DNA of 64,000 nucleotides from the human T2T-CHM13v2.0 reference genome, Homo sapiens: NCBI GenBank assembly GCA_009914755.4, contig CP086569.2, positions 17,728,001 to 17,792,000 of the forward strand, read 5' to 3'. Shown piece by piece: positions 12,590 to 25,962 of this stretch (position 1 is its first letter; each line of letters starts with the position of its first letter). The notes under the pieces were generated by a model. It saw only the letters and a program-made list of their open reading frames with translations, ran no database searches and was not told where the DNA came from. The position numbers and the translations under genes were made by a program.

Positions 12590-13010
12590 CTGCTAGAATG
12601 AAGGGGACTGGGCTCAAATACCCGCAAGAAGCGCATAGTCAGGACAACAATAGGGCGCAAGGACATTAAGTTTTTGGTTGATACCAGAGCTGAACACTCA
12701 GTAGTAACCACTCCAGTTGGCCCCCTTATCTAAAAAGACCATTGATATAATTGGAGCAACAGGAGTCTTTGCCAAGCAGGCTTTCTGCCTACTGCAGACC
12801 TGCTCGGTGGGAGGACACAATGTGATTCATCAATTTCTGTAAATGCCTGACTGCCCCTTGCCTTTGTTCGGAAAAGACTTGCTTAGCAAGCTGAAAGCCA
12901 CCATTTCCTTTACTAAACAAGGCTCTTTACAGCTGGAGTTGCCAGAAACAGGAGACATTATGGCCCTTACAATCCCCCAGGAAGAAAAGTAGAGACTTTT
13001 TCTAACTGAG
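12590..13010 (+). pseudogene. pro: Retroviral protease remnant (active-site DTG mutated to DTR)
   Basis: FLVDTRAEHSVVT at ~12670-12710; an in-frame stop follows. Confidence 0.6.
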
Positions 13011-16000
13011 TCAGGTCAGGAAATAAAACTGGCTGTAGCTAAGAGATGGCCTCGAGTATAGGCAGAGGACAATCCAGGACTGGCTATCAATCAAGCCCCT
13101 GTACTCATAGAAGTTTAGCCTAAGACCCAGCCAATCAGACAAAAGCAGTATCCTGTTCCCTGGGAAGCTCTTAAAGGAATACAAACTAATCTTAAATGCT
13201 TAAAAGCCTTTGGAATTATAGTTCCTTGTCATTCTCCATGGAACACCCCTGTGCTACCTGTCTCTAAACCAGGGATGAAAGACTATCGATCCGTACAGGA
13301 CTTACGCTTAGTAAACTAAGTCACAGTGACTCTGCACCCAACAATTCCTAACCCTTACACATTGCTAGGATTGCTGCCAGCTGAGGATGGTGGTTTACTT
13401 GCCTGGACTTGAAAGATGCTTTCTTTAGCATCAGGCTAGCTCCTGAGAGCCAAAAGCTGTTTATCTTTCAGTAGGAAGATGTGGAGTCAGGTGTCACCAC
13501 TCAATACACTTGGACTCGGCTTCCCCAACGGTTCAAAAATTCCCCCACCATCTTCAGGGAGGCATTGCCTCGAAACCTCCAAAAGTTTCCTGCTAAAGAC
13601 CTAGGCTGCATCTTACTCCAGTACATAGACAACCTTCTGCTAGGATACTCCACAGCAGTCGGGTGTGCAAGAAGGATGGATGCCTTGCTTCGACACCTGG
13701 AGGACTGTGGGTATAAGGTGTCCAAGAAGAAAGCTCAGATCTGCAGACAGCAGGTACACTACCTGAGATTCACTATTTGAAAAGGGAAGTGCAGCCTAAG
13801 GTCAGAAAGAAGGCTGGTCATCTGCAGCCTACCGGAACCTAAATCCAGGGGGCAAGTAAGAGAATTTCTAAGAGCTGTGAGGTTTTACAGATGGTAGATT
13901 CCAAACTTGGCGGTGCTAGCCAAACCATTGTATAGGGTTACAAAGGAAGGTGACAGAGAGCCTTTTGAATGGAGGCCTCTACAACAGCAAGTCTTTAATA
14001 AGTTAAAGGAAAACCTTATGTCAGCCCCAGCTTTAAGATTACCAGATTTGACAAAGCTCTTCACACTCTGTGTGTCAGAAAGAGAAAACATGGCAGTAGG
14101 AGTTTTAACTCAAACTGTAGGTTCCTGGCCAAGACCAGTGGCCTGCCTCTCAAAACAGCTAGATGGGGTTTCTAAAGGCTGGCATCCATGTCTGAGAGCC
14201 TTGGTGGCAATGGTCCTGTTAGCACAAGAAGCGGATAAGCTAACCCTTAGACAGAACCTAAATATAAAAGCCCCCCATGTGGTGGTAACTCTAATGAACA
14301 CCAAACGACACCATTGGCTAACAAATGCTAGATTAACTAAATAGCAAAGCTTGTTATGTGAGAACCCCGCATAACCATAGAAGTCTGTAACACTTTAAAT
14401 CCTGCCACTTTGCTCCCAGTATTTGACAGCTCTGTTAAACATAACTGTGTAGAGGTGTTAGATTCTGTCTATTCTAGCAGACCAGATCTTTGAGACCAGC
14501 CATAGGCATTGGTATATTAGGAGTTATATGTGGACAGGAGCAGCTTCATCAACCCACAAGGAGAAAGGTGCACAGGATATGTGGTAGTAACCTTAGGTGA
14601 TGTTGTTGAAGCTAAGCCATTGCCTCAGGGCACTTTGGCCTAAAAGACAGAACTCTTTGCTCTAACTCAGGCTCCAGAACTCAGTGAAGGTAAGACTGTA
14701 AACATCTATACTGATTCTCGATATGCCTTTCTAACCCTTCAAGTACGTGGAGCATTGTATAGAGAAAAAGGCCTGTTAAATTCTGGAAGAAAAGACATAA
14801 AATATCAACAAGAAATTCTACAATTATTAGAAGCAGTGTAGAAACCCCAAAGTGTGGCAGTGATGCATTGTAAGGGACATCAGAGACTTTACACCTCGGT
14901 GAGCCAAGAAAACTCCCAAGCAGACACAGAGGCATGAAAAGCAGCATCTACTACTTACCGGGCATCAGTCACAGCCCTGCTCCTCCTTCAAATGCTTGAT
15001 CTGGTGCCAACTTATTCTAAACAGGAACAAAATTTTTTTTCAGACAGAGGGAGAACAAACAATAAGAGAAAGATGGATAAAGTTATCAGATGGAAGAATA
15101 GCTGTGCCACAGCTGCTAGGAGCTGCAGTTGTGCTTGCTGTACATAAAACTATCCATTTAGGCCAAGAATCACTTGAAAAACTGTTAGGCCAGTATTTCT
15201 ACATCTCACACTTGCCAGCTCTTGCTAAAACAGTAGCACAGCAATGTGTTACCTGTCAACAACGCCATGCAAAGCAAGGCCCCTCTGTTCCTCCTGGCAT
15301 ACAAGCCTATAGAGTGGCTTCTTTTGAAAATCTTCAAGTAGACTTCACAGAGATGCCTAAATGTGGAGGTAACAAGTATGTACTGGTTCTAATGTGTACT
15401 TATTCTAGGTAAGTGGAGGCTTATCCTACACAAACTGAAAAAGCTCACGAAGTAACCCATGTGCTTCTTCAAGATCTCATCCCTAGGTTTAGACTGCCTC
15501 TATGAATTGGCTCACATAATAGGTCAACATTTGTAGCTGACTTGGTACAGAAAACAGCAAAGGTATTAAGAATCTCAAAGAAGTTACATGCCGCTTACCA
15601 ACCACAGAGATCCGGAAAGGTAGAGTGAAAGAATTGAACTATCAAACTTAGTTTAAGGAAAGTATGTCAGGAGATGGGATTCAAATAGATACAAGTCCTT
15701 CCTATAGTATTGTTTAAAATTAGGTGTACCTCCTCTAAGAGAACAGGATACTCCCCCTGTGAAATTCGGTATCATAGGCCTCCTCCCATACCGTGAGGAC
15801 TTCCAGGTACCCCCCAAGAGTTAGGTGAGATTGAATGACAGTAGCAGCTACAGGACTTAAGGAAAATTTCTCAGACTATCTCAACTTAAATAAATGAGAG
15901 GTGCCTAGTCAGCTTATTCTCCCCCATTCACCTTTTTTCTCCACGTGACCATGTGTAGATCAAGGACTAGAACGTGGCTCCACTGTGGCCTTGGTAGAAG

Positions 16001-16110
16001 GGACCCCAGATCATTATCCTGACCACTCCCACAGCTATAAAGGTAGAAGGAATCCCAAACTAGATTCACACAGCTGCGTGAAGCCTGCAACCGCTAAGAC
16101 CTAGGAGGCC
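13010..16110 (+). pseudogene. pol: Retroviral pol remnant (RT, RNase H, integrase), many disruptions
   Basis: RT motifs SPWNTPVLPV, DYRSVQDLR, QYTWTRLPQRFKNSPTIF and YIDNLLL. ORF 13907..14344 matches the MLV RT connection domain (PALRLPDLTKLF...LTQ..G.WPRPVA.LSKQLD). The RNase H TDS-like stretch and integrase HX3H...CX2C plus QVDFTE survive in separate frames. Confidence 0.85.
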
Positions 16111-16195
16111 AGACCAAGCCTGGACAATATCTGCAAAGTGACCTTGAAGACAACAAGAAGCCCTGCTTCAGTCACACCTGGAAGCTGACTGGTCT

Positions 16196-18028
16196 ATGCA
16201 TGGCCGAAGCATGAGGAAAATCATCATGGGACTTATTTTCCTTATAACATGGACCTGTGTGGAAAAAGCTTCCACTGCTTCTTCCCACACAGAGAACTAC
16301 CTTCAGTGCATACAACAGGTCACTGAGGTAAGACAAGTTAAGACAATCTTTTTATTTTACAGCCATTATGAATGCCTAGGAACTCCAAAAGGAACCTGTT
16401 TGTATAATAACACCCAGTACAAAGTATGTAATCCAGGAAGTTACCAGCCTGATGTGTGCTATGACCCCTCTGAACCCTCCATAATCACAGTCTTTGAAGT
16501 AAGACTAAGAACTGGTCATTCTCTAATTGACACAAGTAAAGTAATAGCTAGAATAGAAGAAAGAAAAGTCCCCAAAAATGTAACCTTAAAATTTGGCACC
16601 TGTGCCACTATTAATAGTAAACAGCATAGGATAAGATGCAGTTCTCTAGATTAGGAAAAAATTACACAGAAGAAAATAAGTTTATCTGTCAAGAATAATA
16701 TTTATGTAAGATATGTCAATACTGGTCTTGTGTCATTTAGGCTACTTAGAAAAAAGATTAAAAAGATCCTGTTTAGCTCCAAAAAAGAAAAGTTCAGCCC
16801 CTCCAGCATGAGTAGGAGCTGCAACCCTTTGGAATTGATAATCATAAACCCCTCAGACCTGAAGTGAAATAAAAGAGAATATGTAACATTAGGCATTGAT
16901 AGAAAAAGATTAGATCCTATTGGAAGTATCCTAATGAAAGGAGAGGTTCAAAAATGTTCTCCAGAACCAATATTTCAGACTTTCTATGATGAACTAAATT
17001 TGCCAGTACCTGAGATTCCAGAAAAAACTAACAATTTGTTTTTGCAATTAGCTGAACATGTAGCCCAGTCTCTACAAGTCACTTCATGTTATGTTTCTAG
17101 AAGGACCATAACAGGAGATCAATGGCCATAGGAAGCTCTAGAATTGGTTCCTACAGACCCAGTTCCTGAATTCCTAGCCCAAAAGAACCACCCTGACAAT
17201 TTTAAGTTCTAAAAGTCTCAATTATTAGACAGTGTTGCATAGCTAGAGAAGGAAAAAAATTTATTCATCCTGTAAGGCGGCTTAGTTGTCTTAGGCAAAA
17301 ACTGTATACTAGTACCACAAAAACAGTTACATAGTAGAGTTCCAATTACATAGAAAGAAGTCCATTCAATACATTTCCAAAGTTGCAGACTGTTTAGGCC
17401 CATCCAGAATTCCACCAAGACTGGACAGTCCCCACCAGGTTATAATGAATATGTAGATACAAAGCTTATGCTAAGCTGCCTGACCAGTAGGCAGGTAGCT
17501 GTGTAATTGGCACCATTAAGCCATCTTTCTTCTTACTGCCCATAAAAACAGGTGAAATTCTAGGCTTCCTAGTCTATGCTTCCCAGGAAAAACAAAGCAT
17601 AGCTATAGGTGATTAGAAAGATGATGAATGTCCCCCTGAAAGAATCATACAATACTATGGACCCACCACTTAGGCACAAGATGGCTCATGAGGATATCAA
17701 ACCTACATCTACATGCTCAACCGAATCATATGGTTACGAGCTGTTTTAGAAATTATTACTAATAAAACTGGTCAAGCCTTGACTGTTCTTGCCCAGCAAG
17801 AAACTCAAATGATAAATGCTATCTATCAAAATAGACTAGCTCTTGACTATTTGCTAGCAGCTAAAGGAAGAGTTTGTAGAAAATTCAACCTTACTAATTG
17901 TTGTCTACACATAGATGATCAAGGACAAGTAGTTAAAGATATGATTAAAGATACAACAAAACTGGCCCATGTACCCATGCAAGTGTGGCACAGACTCAAT
18001 CCAGGAGCCATGTTTAGAAATTAGTTCC
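16196..18028 (+). pseudogene. env: Retroviral env remnant (SU with signal peptide, gamma-type TM), cut by an Alu at 18029
   Basis: ORF 16196..16654 opens with a hydrophobic signal-like segment. ORF 17713..18024 carries [27 protein letters not shown], an immunosuppressive-domain-like motif with CX7CC. Several stops lie between. Confidence 0.75.
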
Positions 18029-18383
<355 letters not shown>

Positions 18384-18606
18384 TTAAAACTCCTTTAATA
18401 GGAGTAATAATAATAATAAGAACCTGCTTACTGCTCCCTTGTCTGATACCCGTATTTCTCCAAATAATAAAAAACTTCATCACTACCTTAGTTCACCAAA
18501 AGGCTTCAGCACAAGCATACTATATAAATCACTATCAGTTGATTACACAGGAAAACATAAATAATAAAAGTGAAAGCTCGCACTAATAAAAATTAGTGAA
18601 AGTCTC

Positions 18607-18618
18607 AAAGAGGGGAAA
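18607..18618 (+). promoter_or_regulatory. Polypurine tract (PPT) abutting the 3' LTR
   Basis: aaagaggggaaa sits directly before the TG that opens the 3' LTR. Confidence 0.6.
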
Positions 18619-19086
18619 TGAGAAGAGAGAAAGACCCTCTTGCATTGTTTTATATTGTTTCATATTCAGTAAAAACAACAAGGAAGTAAAACCAAAGACC
18701 CGCAGCCCAGTGACCGCCCGAAACCAGGCCTGGGCCCACCTGGCCTAAACCCAGTAGTTAAAAATCAACTTATGATTTAGAAGCTGATGTTATTCATAAA
18801 TTCCTTACATTGTGTAAAAGAACATTGTGAGACTCCCTGCCCTGTTCTGATCCTCCCTGACCACCAGTGCAAGCAGCCCCTGTCATGTACCCCTTGCTTG
18901 CTCAAATCAATCACGACCCTTTCATGTGAAATCTTTAGTGTTGTGAGTCCTTAAAAAGGACAGAAATTGTGCACTCAGGGAGCTTGGATTTTAAGGCAGT
19001 AGCTTGCTGATGCTCCCAGCTGAATAAAGCCCTTCCTTCTACAACTAGGTGTCTGAGAAGTTTTGTCTGCAGCTCATCCTGCTACA
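18619..19086 (+). repeat. Provirus 3' LTR
   Basis: Direct repeat of 9866-10334 with a few percent mismatches by eye; AATAAA at 19023-19028. Confidence 0.85.
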
Positions 19087-19158
19087 GTATGTTTGAAAGG
19101 ATTACAATAGCTCAACAATAAAAATAATTACCTCTATTCTATTCTAAGAGAAAAATCA

Positions 19159-19440
19159 GGGCTGGGCACAGTGGCTGATGACTGTAATCCTAGTATTTTG
19201 GGAGACTGATATAGGAGGATCACTTGAGCCTGGGATTTCCAGACCAGCCTGAGCAAATAAGAGACGCCCCCATATCTACCAAAATATTAGCAAATTAGCT
19301 GATGTGGTGGTGCATGTCTGTAGTCCTTGCTGCTCCAGAGGCTGAGGTGTGAAGATTGGTTGAGCTCAGCATTTCCAGGCTGCAGAGAACTCTGTTTGTC
19401 CCACTGCACCCAAGGCTGCATTACTGTAACTCTAAAAAGA
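19159..19440 (+). mobile_element. Alu SINE (old, diverged)
   Basis: ggctgggcacagtggctgatgactgtaatcc ... ctgcattactgtaactc. Confidence 0.8.
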
Positions 19441-19700
19441 AAGAAAGGAGGAAAGAAAGGAAAAATAGAAGGAAGAAGGGAAGGAAGCAAGGAAGGAAGG
19501 AAGGAATGAGGGACGGAGGTAGAGTAAAGAAGGAGAGAAAGGAAGGAAGGAAAGAAGGAAGGAAGGGAGGAAGGAAGGAAGGAAGAGAGGGAGTGAGGGA
19601 GGGGAAAGTGAGGGAAGGGAAGAAAGAAAAAGAAAGAAAGAAAGAGAGAAAGGAAGGAAGGAAGGGGGGGAGGGAGGGAGGGAAGGGGGGGGAGAAATTT
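19437..19700. repeat. (GGAA)n/(GAAA)n purine-rich microsatellite
   Basis: About 260 bp of A/G (aaggaaggaagg... gggagggagg). Source of artefact ORFs 19287..19823 and 19356..19736. Confidence 0.9.
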
Positions 19701-19755
19701 TCTTATTGGACTAGAATTATGCAAATGATTTGCTAATTTTATATATATAGTGATA

Positions 19756-20185
19756 GTGATAGGCTTTGTATTTATATATGAACATAGCATTATTTTAATA
19801 CAATATGTTAAGCAGGTTAACATATTTTTATATAAACAACAGACATATAGAATATATTATACCTTTTCATTACCTTATTAAACTCTCTATTATTCAATTG
19901 ATTGCCAGTAAATTCCAGTCAATTTGGCAAGGAAAATATTCTATACATAGATATCAAATATATATAGGTATTCTATACATAATATTCTGTATATAGATAT
20001 AGAATCTTCACAGATTTGGAAAAAAGTTCAATAAATATTTGGAAAATGTAGATTTCTGATAAAGCTCTAGGATTAATAAAATACTGTATGGGCAGGGCAT
20101 AGTGGCTTATACCTGTAATCCCAACACTTTGAGAGGCAGAGGCATGTGGATTATGAAGTCAGGAGCTGGAGACAGGCCTGTCCTG
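19756..20185. repeat. Local segmental duplication, copy B (partner at 3339-3765)
   Basis: Colinear with 3339-3765, truncated Alu 5' end included (gggcagggcatagtggcttatacctgtaatcc...). Diverges from copy A after about Alu position 75. Confidence 0.75.
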
Positions 20186-20694
20186 GTTGGGGAGGAGATA
20201 ACATCATAGGAAATTTAAGCTGTCCTCTGAGTCACTTCTGGGTGGGGCCATAGGAGCAGGGTTGGCAGTGGAGGTGCAGTCATGTGTGTCAGACATGCAA
20301 AAATCCTGGAAAGATATTTCAAAAGGCCATTCTTAAGTTGTACAATAGTGATGTTATTCACAGGCATAATGTTGCATATCTTATAAACTCTGGAATATTG
20401 TCTGACAATCATTTATGTCTGACAATCATTTATGTCTGTACCTTAGTAAAACTCCAGGGCTTCTCTCCTAACCCCAGCCTGATGGCCTGCCATTAGCTTT
20501 ACAAAAGCAGTTGAGTTTCAGGGCAAGACTGTTATCATTTAAGCTACACCTTAAATATCTTTCCAAGTTAGCTTGGCCCAACAGTCCAGGAATAATTAAG
20601 AAAAAGGCAAGATGGGGGGTGACTCAGCTTAGTTTAGTGTTATAATTCTGTCTTCTGCTACAGTGTTTTGCATTTCATATGTTTTCATAATACT

Positions 20695-20775
20695 GTGGCC
20701 GAGGCATAGATATAGATATAGATAGATGATATAGATATAGATAGAGGATATAGATATAGATTAGATATAGATACA
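20695..20775. repeat. (GATA/TAGA)-like imperfect microsatellite
   Basis: gatatagatatagatagatgatatagatatagatagagg... Confidence 0.8.
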
Positions 20776-22152
20776 GATACCTGTACAGAATGATTGCTAG
20801 TTTGGATAAGCATGTTGTCCCACTAAAATTGAAATTTGATAGATGCTTTTCCTACTCTGATTTTTAATTAGGGATGATTAAATATGTTTTTATTTGAAAT
20901 CTGGCTTCTGAGAAAGGTTGTGAGAAAGAAATAAATCTTGTGGTCCTAACTTCACTAAGCTAAAGGGAAAAGTCAAGCAAGGAATGAGGTCATGCAAACC
21001 TGCCTCCCCTTTTGGTTCCTAAGATGGCTACAACATGAAAAGCTATATACCTCTCCCATATTTTTCCCACAAGGAAATTTGTAGTGAGCTCCAAGATCTT
21101 TACCCTAAGATGTTTCTGTTAAAATTTCACCATGGTGATATAAATTGATAGTTGATCTTTACAGGCCCAGTCACCCTGCTGCCCACCAGACAAAAAATGC
21201 ATATCTGATTGCTTCCATGCCCCATTTTGTCTATGTTATGCAGAGTGCAGATTCCCTGCACTTTTTGCTCTGTGCCATTTGTCTACATTATCTTATCTTT
21301 TAAAAAATGCAGATTCACTGAGCCAAAGACATAAATAACTATTTTTCCCTATCCCCCCTTATATGTAAATTGTATACTTCTCAATATCATGCCATTTCCT
21401 CTTTAAATTTGGAGCCCTCAAAATCATCTTCAGAGAAAAGAATATAGACCTATCTCCTGGGCATACATTCTTAATTTTGGAAAATAAACCCCTAAAATGA
21501 TTGAGATTTGTCTCATCATTTTTCTTGATTGATAGTAGTAATGGAGATAGTAAACGTTAGTTAGAACCTCTAGCTGAAAAGACAGATCTGTTTCTTGTGA
21601 CTGTGTCCCTGAAAATGCAAAATGAATCCTTTATTGATGTGGTGAAATTAAATTTAGTTTATACACAGTGACTTTTACAAAACTATGAAGGTTCTGAGTC
21701 ACCTGCAATTGTTTCTTTTCATTTTCCAATTCACCCTCTCAGTCCTGACAACACTGTTTACCATCAAAATAAAATGCTTCTGTTTGTAAATAAACTATAC
21801 ATTAGAAAAAGAAGAAATAAAATGATTGTTGTTTCCAGTTTCAGAAATCTACGTTTGCTATTACTGCATCTTATTTATAATGTCTCTTTATCACTATCTT
21901 TGCTTTTGATTCTCTTTGAATTCCTGCACCTCACTCCTGCAAAAAAGTGGTATAATATAGAGAATATAAGGAAGTAAGAATGCTTTTTGGGATTAGGGAG
22001 GAATTTGATTAGATGAATTAATGTTGTTTGTCTTATTCATATGTCTTAAGACTTTTTTAAGAAAAATCTTTAAAATATCTGCTTAAAATTTATTTTTTGT
22101 GTAGATGAAGATTTTTCACAGTGGCTAGTCATTTTTTTCCCTTAAAAGTAGA

Positions 22153-22461
<309 letters not shown>

Positions 22462-22554
22462 CTATATTTGATGCAACTTGCTAAAAAAAAAATAAAAATG
22501 TGTTTTTTTAAAAAAATGAAAGATGACGTTTGAATATGTGCCCTGCACAAAGGG

Positions 22555-23335
22555 GAGCTTGCAACATAATTAATTATCAGGGAAATGCAAATTAAAACCA
22601 CAATGTGATACAACCTAATGCCAGCAAGAATGACCATAATCAAAAAATCCAAAAATAATGGATGTTGGCATGGATGTGGTGAAAAGGGAACACTTTTCCA
22701 CTGTTGGTAGGAATGTAAACTAGTACAACCTACTATGGAAAACAGCATGGAGTTTCCTTAAATCCCTAAAAGTGGATCTACTTAATCCAGCAGTCCCACT
22801 CCAGAGTATCTACCCAGAGGAAAAGAAGTCGTTACGTAAAAAAGATACTTGCACATGCATGTTTATGGTAGCAAAATTTATAATTGCAAAAATGTGGAAC
22901 CAGCCCAAATGCTCATCAATCAACAAATGGATTAAAAAAACATGATAGGTATATATGATGGAATACTACACAGCTGTAAAAAGGAATGAAATAATGGCAT
23001 TGGCAACAACCTGGATGGCACTGGATAATATTACTCTAAGTGAAGTAACTCAGAAATGGAAAATCAAACATTGTGTGTTCTCACTCATAATTGGCAGCAA
23101 AGCTATGAAGACACAAGGGTATAAGAATGAAATAATGGACTCTGGGGATTGTGGGGAAAGTGTGGGAGATAGTGAGGGATAAAAGCATACACATCTGGCA
23201 CAGTATACAGTGTTCATTTGGGTACACCAAAATCTCAGAAATCACCGTTAACAAACTTATTTACGTAACCAAACACCAACTTGTTCCCCAAAAACATGTT
23301 GAAATGAAAATAAAAGAATAGAAGAGTTTGGATTG
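22555..23335 (+). mobile_element. L1 3'-end fragment (ORF2 C-terminus and 3' UTR)
   Basis: Encodes AIREMQIKTTM-type ORF2 C-terminal sequence (ccactgttggtaggaatgtaaactagtacaacc; ORF 22955..23182 MEYYTAVKRNEIM...CVFSLIIG). Confidence 0.85.
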
Positions 23336-24373
23336 TATTTGGTTATTTACACTGGCAGAATAGAAAAGAAAGATTTGGAAGCAGAAGTTTCTCCAGAGAA
23401 TCAATTTATTTTTATATTTTTTAAAAGGTGATTCTGTGATTTATATATATAGATATATACATGCATATATACATGCACATGGATCTATACATGAGCATAC
23501 ATTTATATAGGTCGACAGGCATGTGTGCATGTCTTTTTCCCCTAAGTTGCCTATAAAAATATGATATAAAGGGAACTCTGAATTAAATTTTTGTGGTGCT
23601 AAATATAGCATGGGATAATATGAATGTTGTTGTCATGTTGACCACAAAAATAAAAGCACAGAAGATTTCTATGGAGGGATTATCTCCGAAGAATTAGAGT
23701 TACCAACTCTCAGAAGGCAAATTATGTTGAAATATTGCTTTTCTAATATTACTGCTAACTGGTTCATTTTCTTCTTACAGTTAAAAGCTTTTCTAAATGT
23801 GATATGCTAGTTGAAAATAATTGCTAATAATGCTAATTCAAACACTGGAATTCATAGGACTGGAAAAAATCCTTGACTTAAACTGAATTAAGACAAATAA
23901 GTAAACCAAGCTTCTTGCTTTGAAGATTTTCACAGCCTGTGATCATAGATCCATGCAACTAAAAGTCTCTAACTTCTGCAATAGAAACCTCAATGTAGGG
24001 CAGATAAAGAGAGTAAAAGGAGCAATTAAGTTTACTTAATACTGAGATGGGCTTCATGGAAGTACAGGAATTAAGGGCCATCATTTACAGTTTGTTTTAG
24101 ATAGAGAATGCAGGGATTTGTTTTCTGAGCAGACTCTGGCTAGTCATGTTTGATATGTTGCAGACATAGGTAGATGTTTGAGATATTGAATAAGCTGTTT
24201 GAGCATCAGCCATGTACAGTTGCTTAAAAAGACAATGAAGCAATTATTTCTGGAGTCTACGATTCTCACTCTTCTCTCCCAATTTAGTCATGGCATAAGT
24301 AATAGAGACACATGGACTTCTGAAACATGGTCATTGTATGATTCACACCCTTGTGTCATTGTTCCTGTGCAAT

Positions 24374-24663
24374 GACACTGATTTTTTTTTCATTATTTCA
24401 ATAGTTTGGGGAAAACAGATGGTGTTTGGTTACATGGATAAGTTCTTGAGTAATGATTTCTGAGATGTTGGTGCACCCATAAACCAAACAATGTACCCTG
24501 AACCCAATGTGTAGTAGTTTCTTATCCATCACCCCTCTCCCTCCCTTCCCCCTGAATCACCAGAGTTCACTGTGTCATTTTTACACCTTTGCATCTTCAT
24601 AGCTTAGCACCCACTTGTGAAAACATATGGTATTTGGCCACACACCATGGTAATGAAAATGTG

Positions 24664-24711
<48 letters not shown>

Positions 24712-24985
24712 TAGATAGATAGGCAAATTTTCTTCCTATGATGGGTATTTGGGCTGGTTTTATATTTTTGCAATTGCGAACTGTGCTGCTTTAAACATGC
24801 ATGCGCAAGTGTCTTTTTCATATAATTATTTCTTTTCCTCTGGGTAGATACTCAGTAGTGGGATTGCTGAATCAAATGGTAGTTCTCCTTATAGTTCCTC
24901 AAGGAATTTGCATACCGTTTTCCATAGTGATTGCATTAGTTTACATTTCCATCAGCAGTGTAAAAATGCACTGATATAATTATAT
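24374..24985 (-). mobile_element. L1 (L1P/L1M-like) 3'-end fragment, antisense
   Basis: T-run, then the reverse complement of the L1 3' UTR and ORF2 end (cattatttcaatagtttggggaaaacag..ggtgtttggttacatgg ... gtagtgggattgctg ... tttacatttccatcagcagtgtaaaa). A (GATA)n tract sits inside it. Confidence 0.8.
24663..24722. repeat. (GATA)n microsatellite inside the L1 fragment
   Basis: gatagatagatagatag... about 14 units. Confidence 0.95.
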
Positions 24986-25602
24986 GTTAATGGTCTAAAG
25001 ATGTCAGACATCTGAGTTAATCCCACATGATAGACAGTTAGAAGATTCCCCAACCTCTTCTATTAAATTGGAGCAGAAAACAAAAAAAGGTAAATCTTAA
25101 TAGATGAGCTATTTTATAGGCATGCCAAACCAGCAGGCAAAAATTGGGCATGTAAGAAGTTGAATTCTCTCATCTGTCTTCACTTTTCACTCTAGCAGCC
25201 CCGTTCATTCTTTAGTTATGGGATCATATGCTCATATTTGCATTTGTAAATGACAAGTGGCTTCCTTGTGACCTTACTGTAATTCAGAGCCTTCAAATTC
25301 CCAGTTCACAATATGTCACATAATAATGAAGGGATACCCTTAAATTATGCTTGTAGATATTTTAACATTGTATACATTCTAGTAACAATACTTCCTTTTT
25401 TTAGGTTGTTTTTTTAAATCTTCTGTCTAACTCTCATTTGTTTTCACCCTCTTACATTCTTTTCATCCTGGTCAGAGTTAAGTTCATAAACACCGGACTG
25501 TTAACACATCTCCAATATCCACCAAGAACAGAAGCTTTAGTGGACATGTTTCCATGTGTTTTTGATAAAGATAACATTACTATATTTAAAAAAAATATTG
25601 CT

Positions 25603-25962
<360 letters not shown>

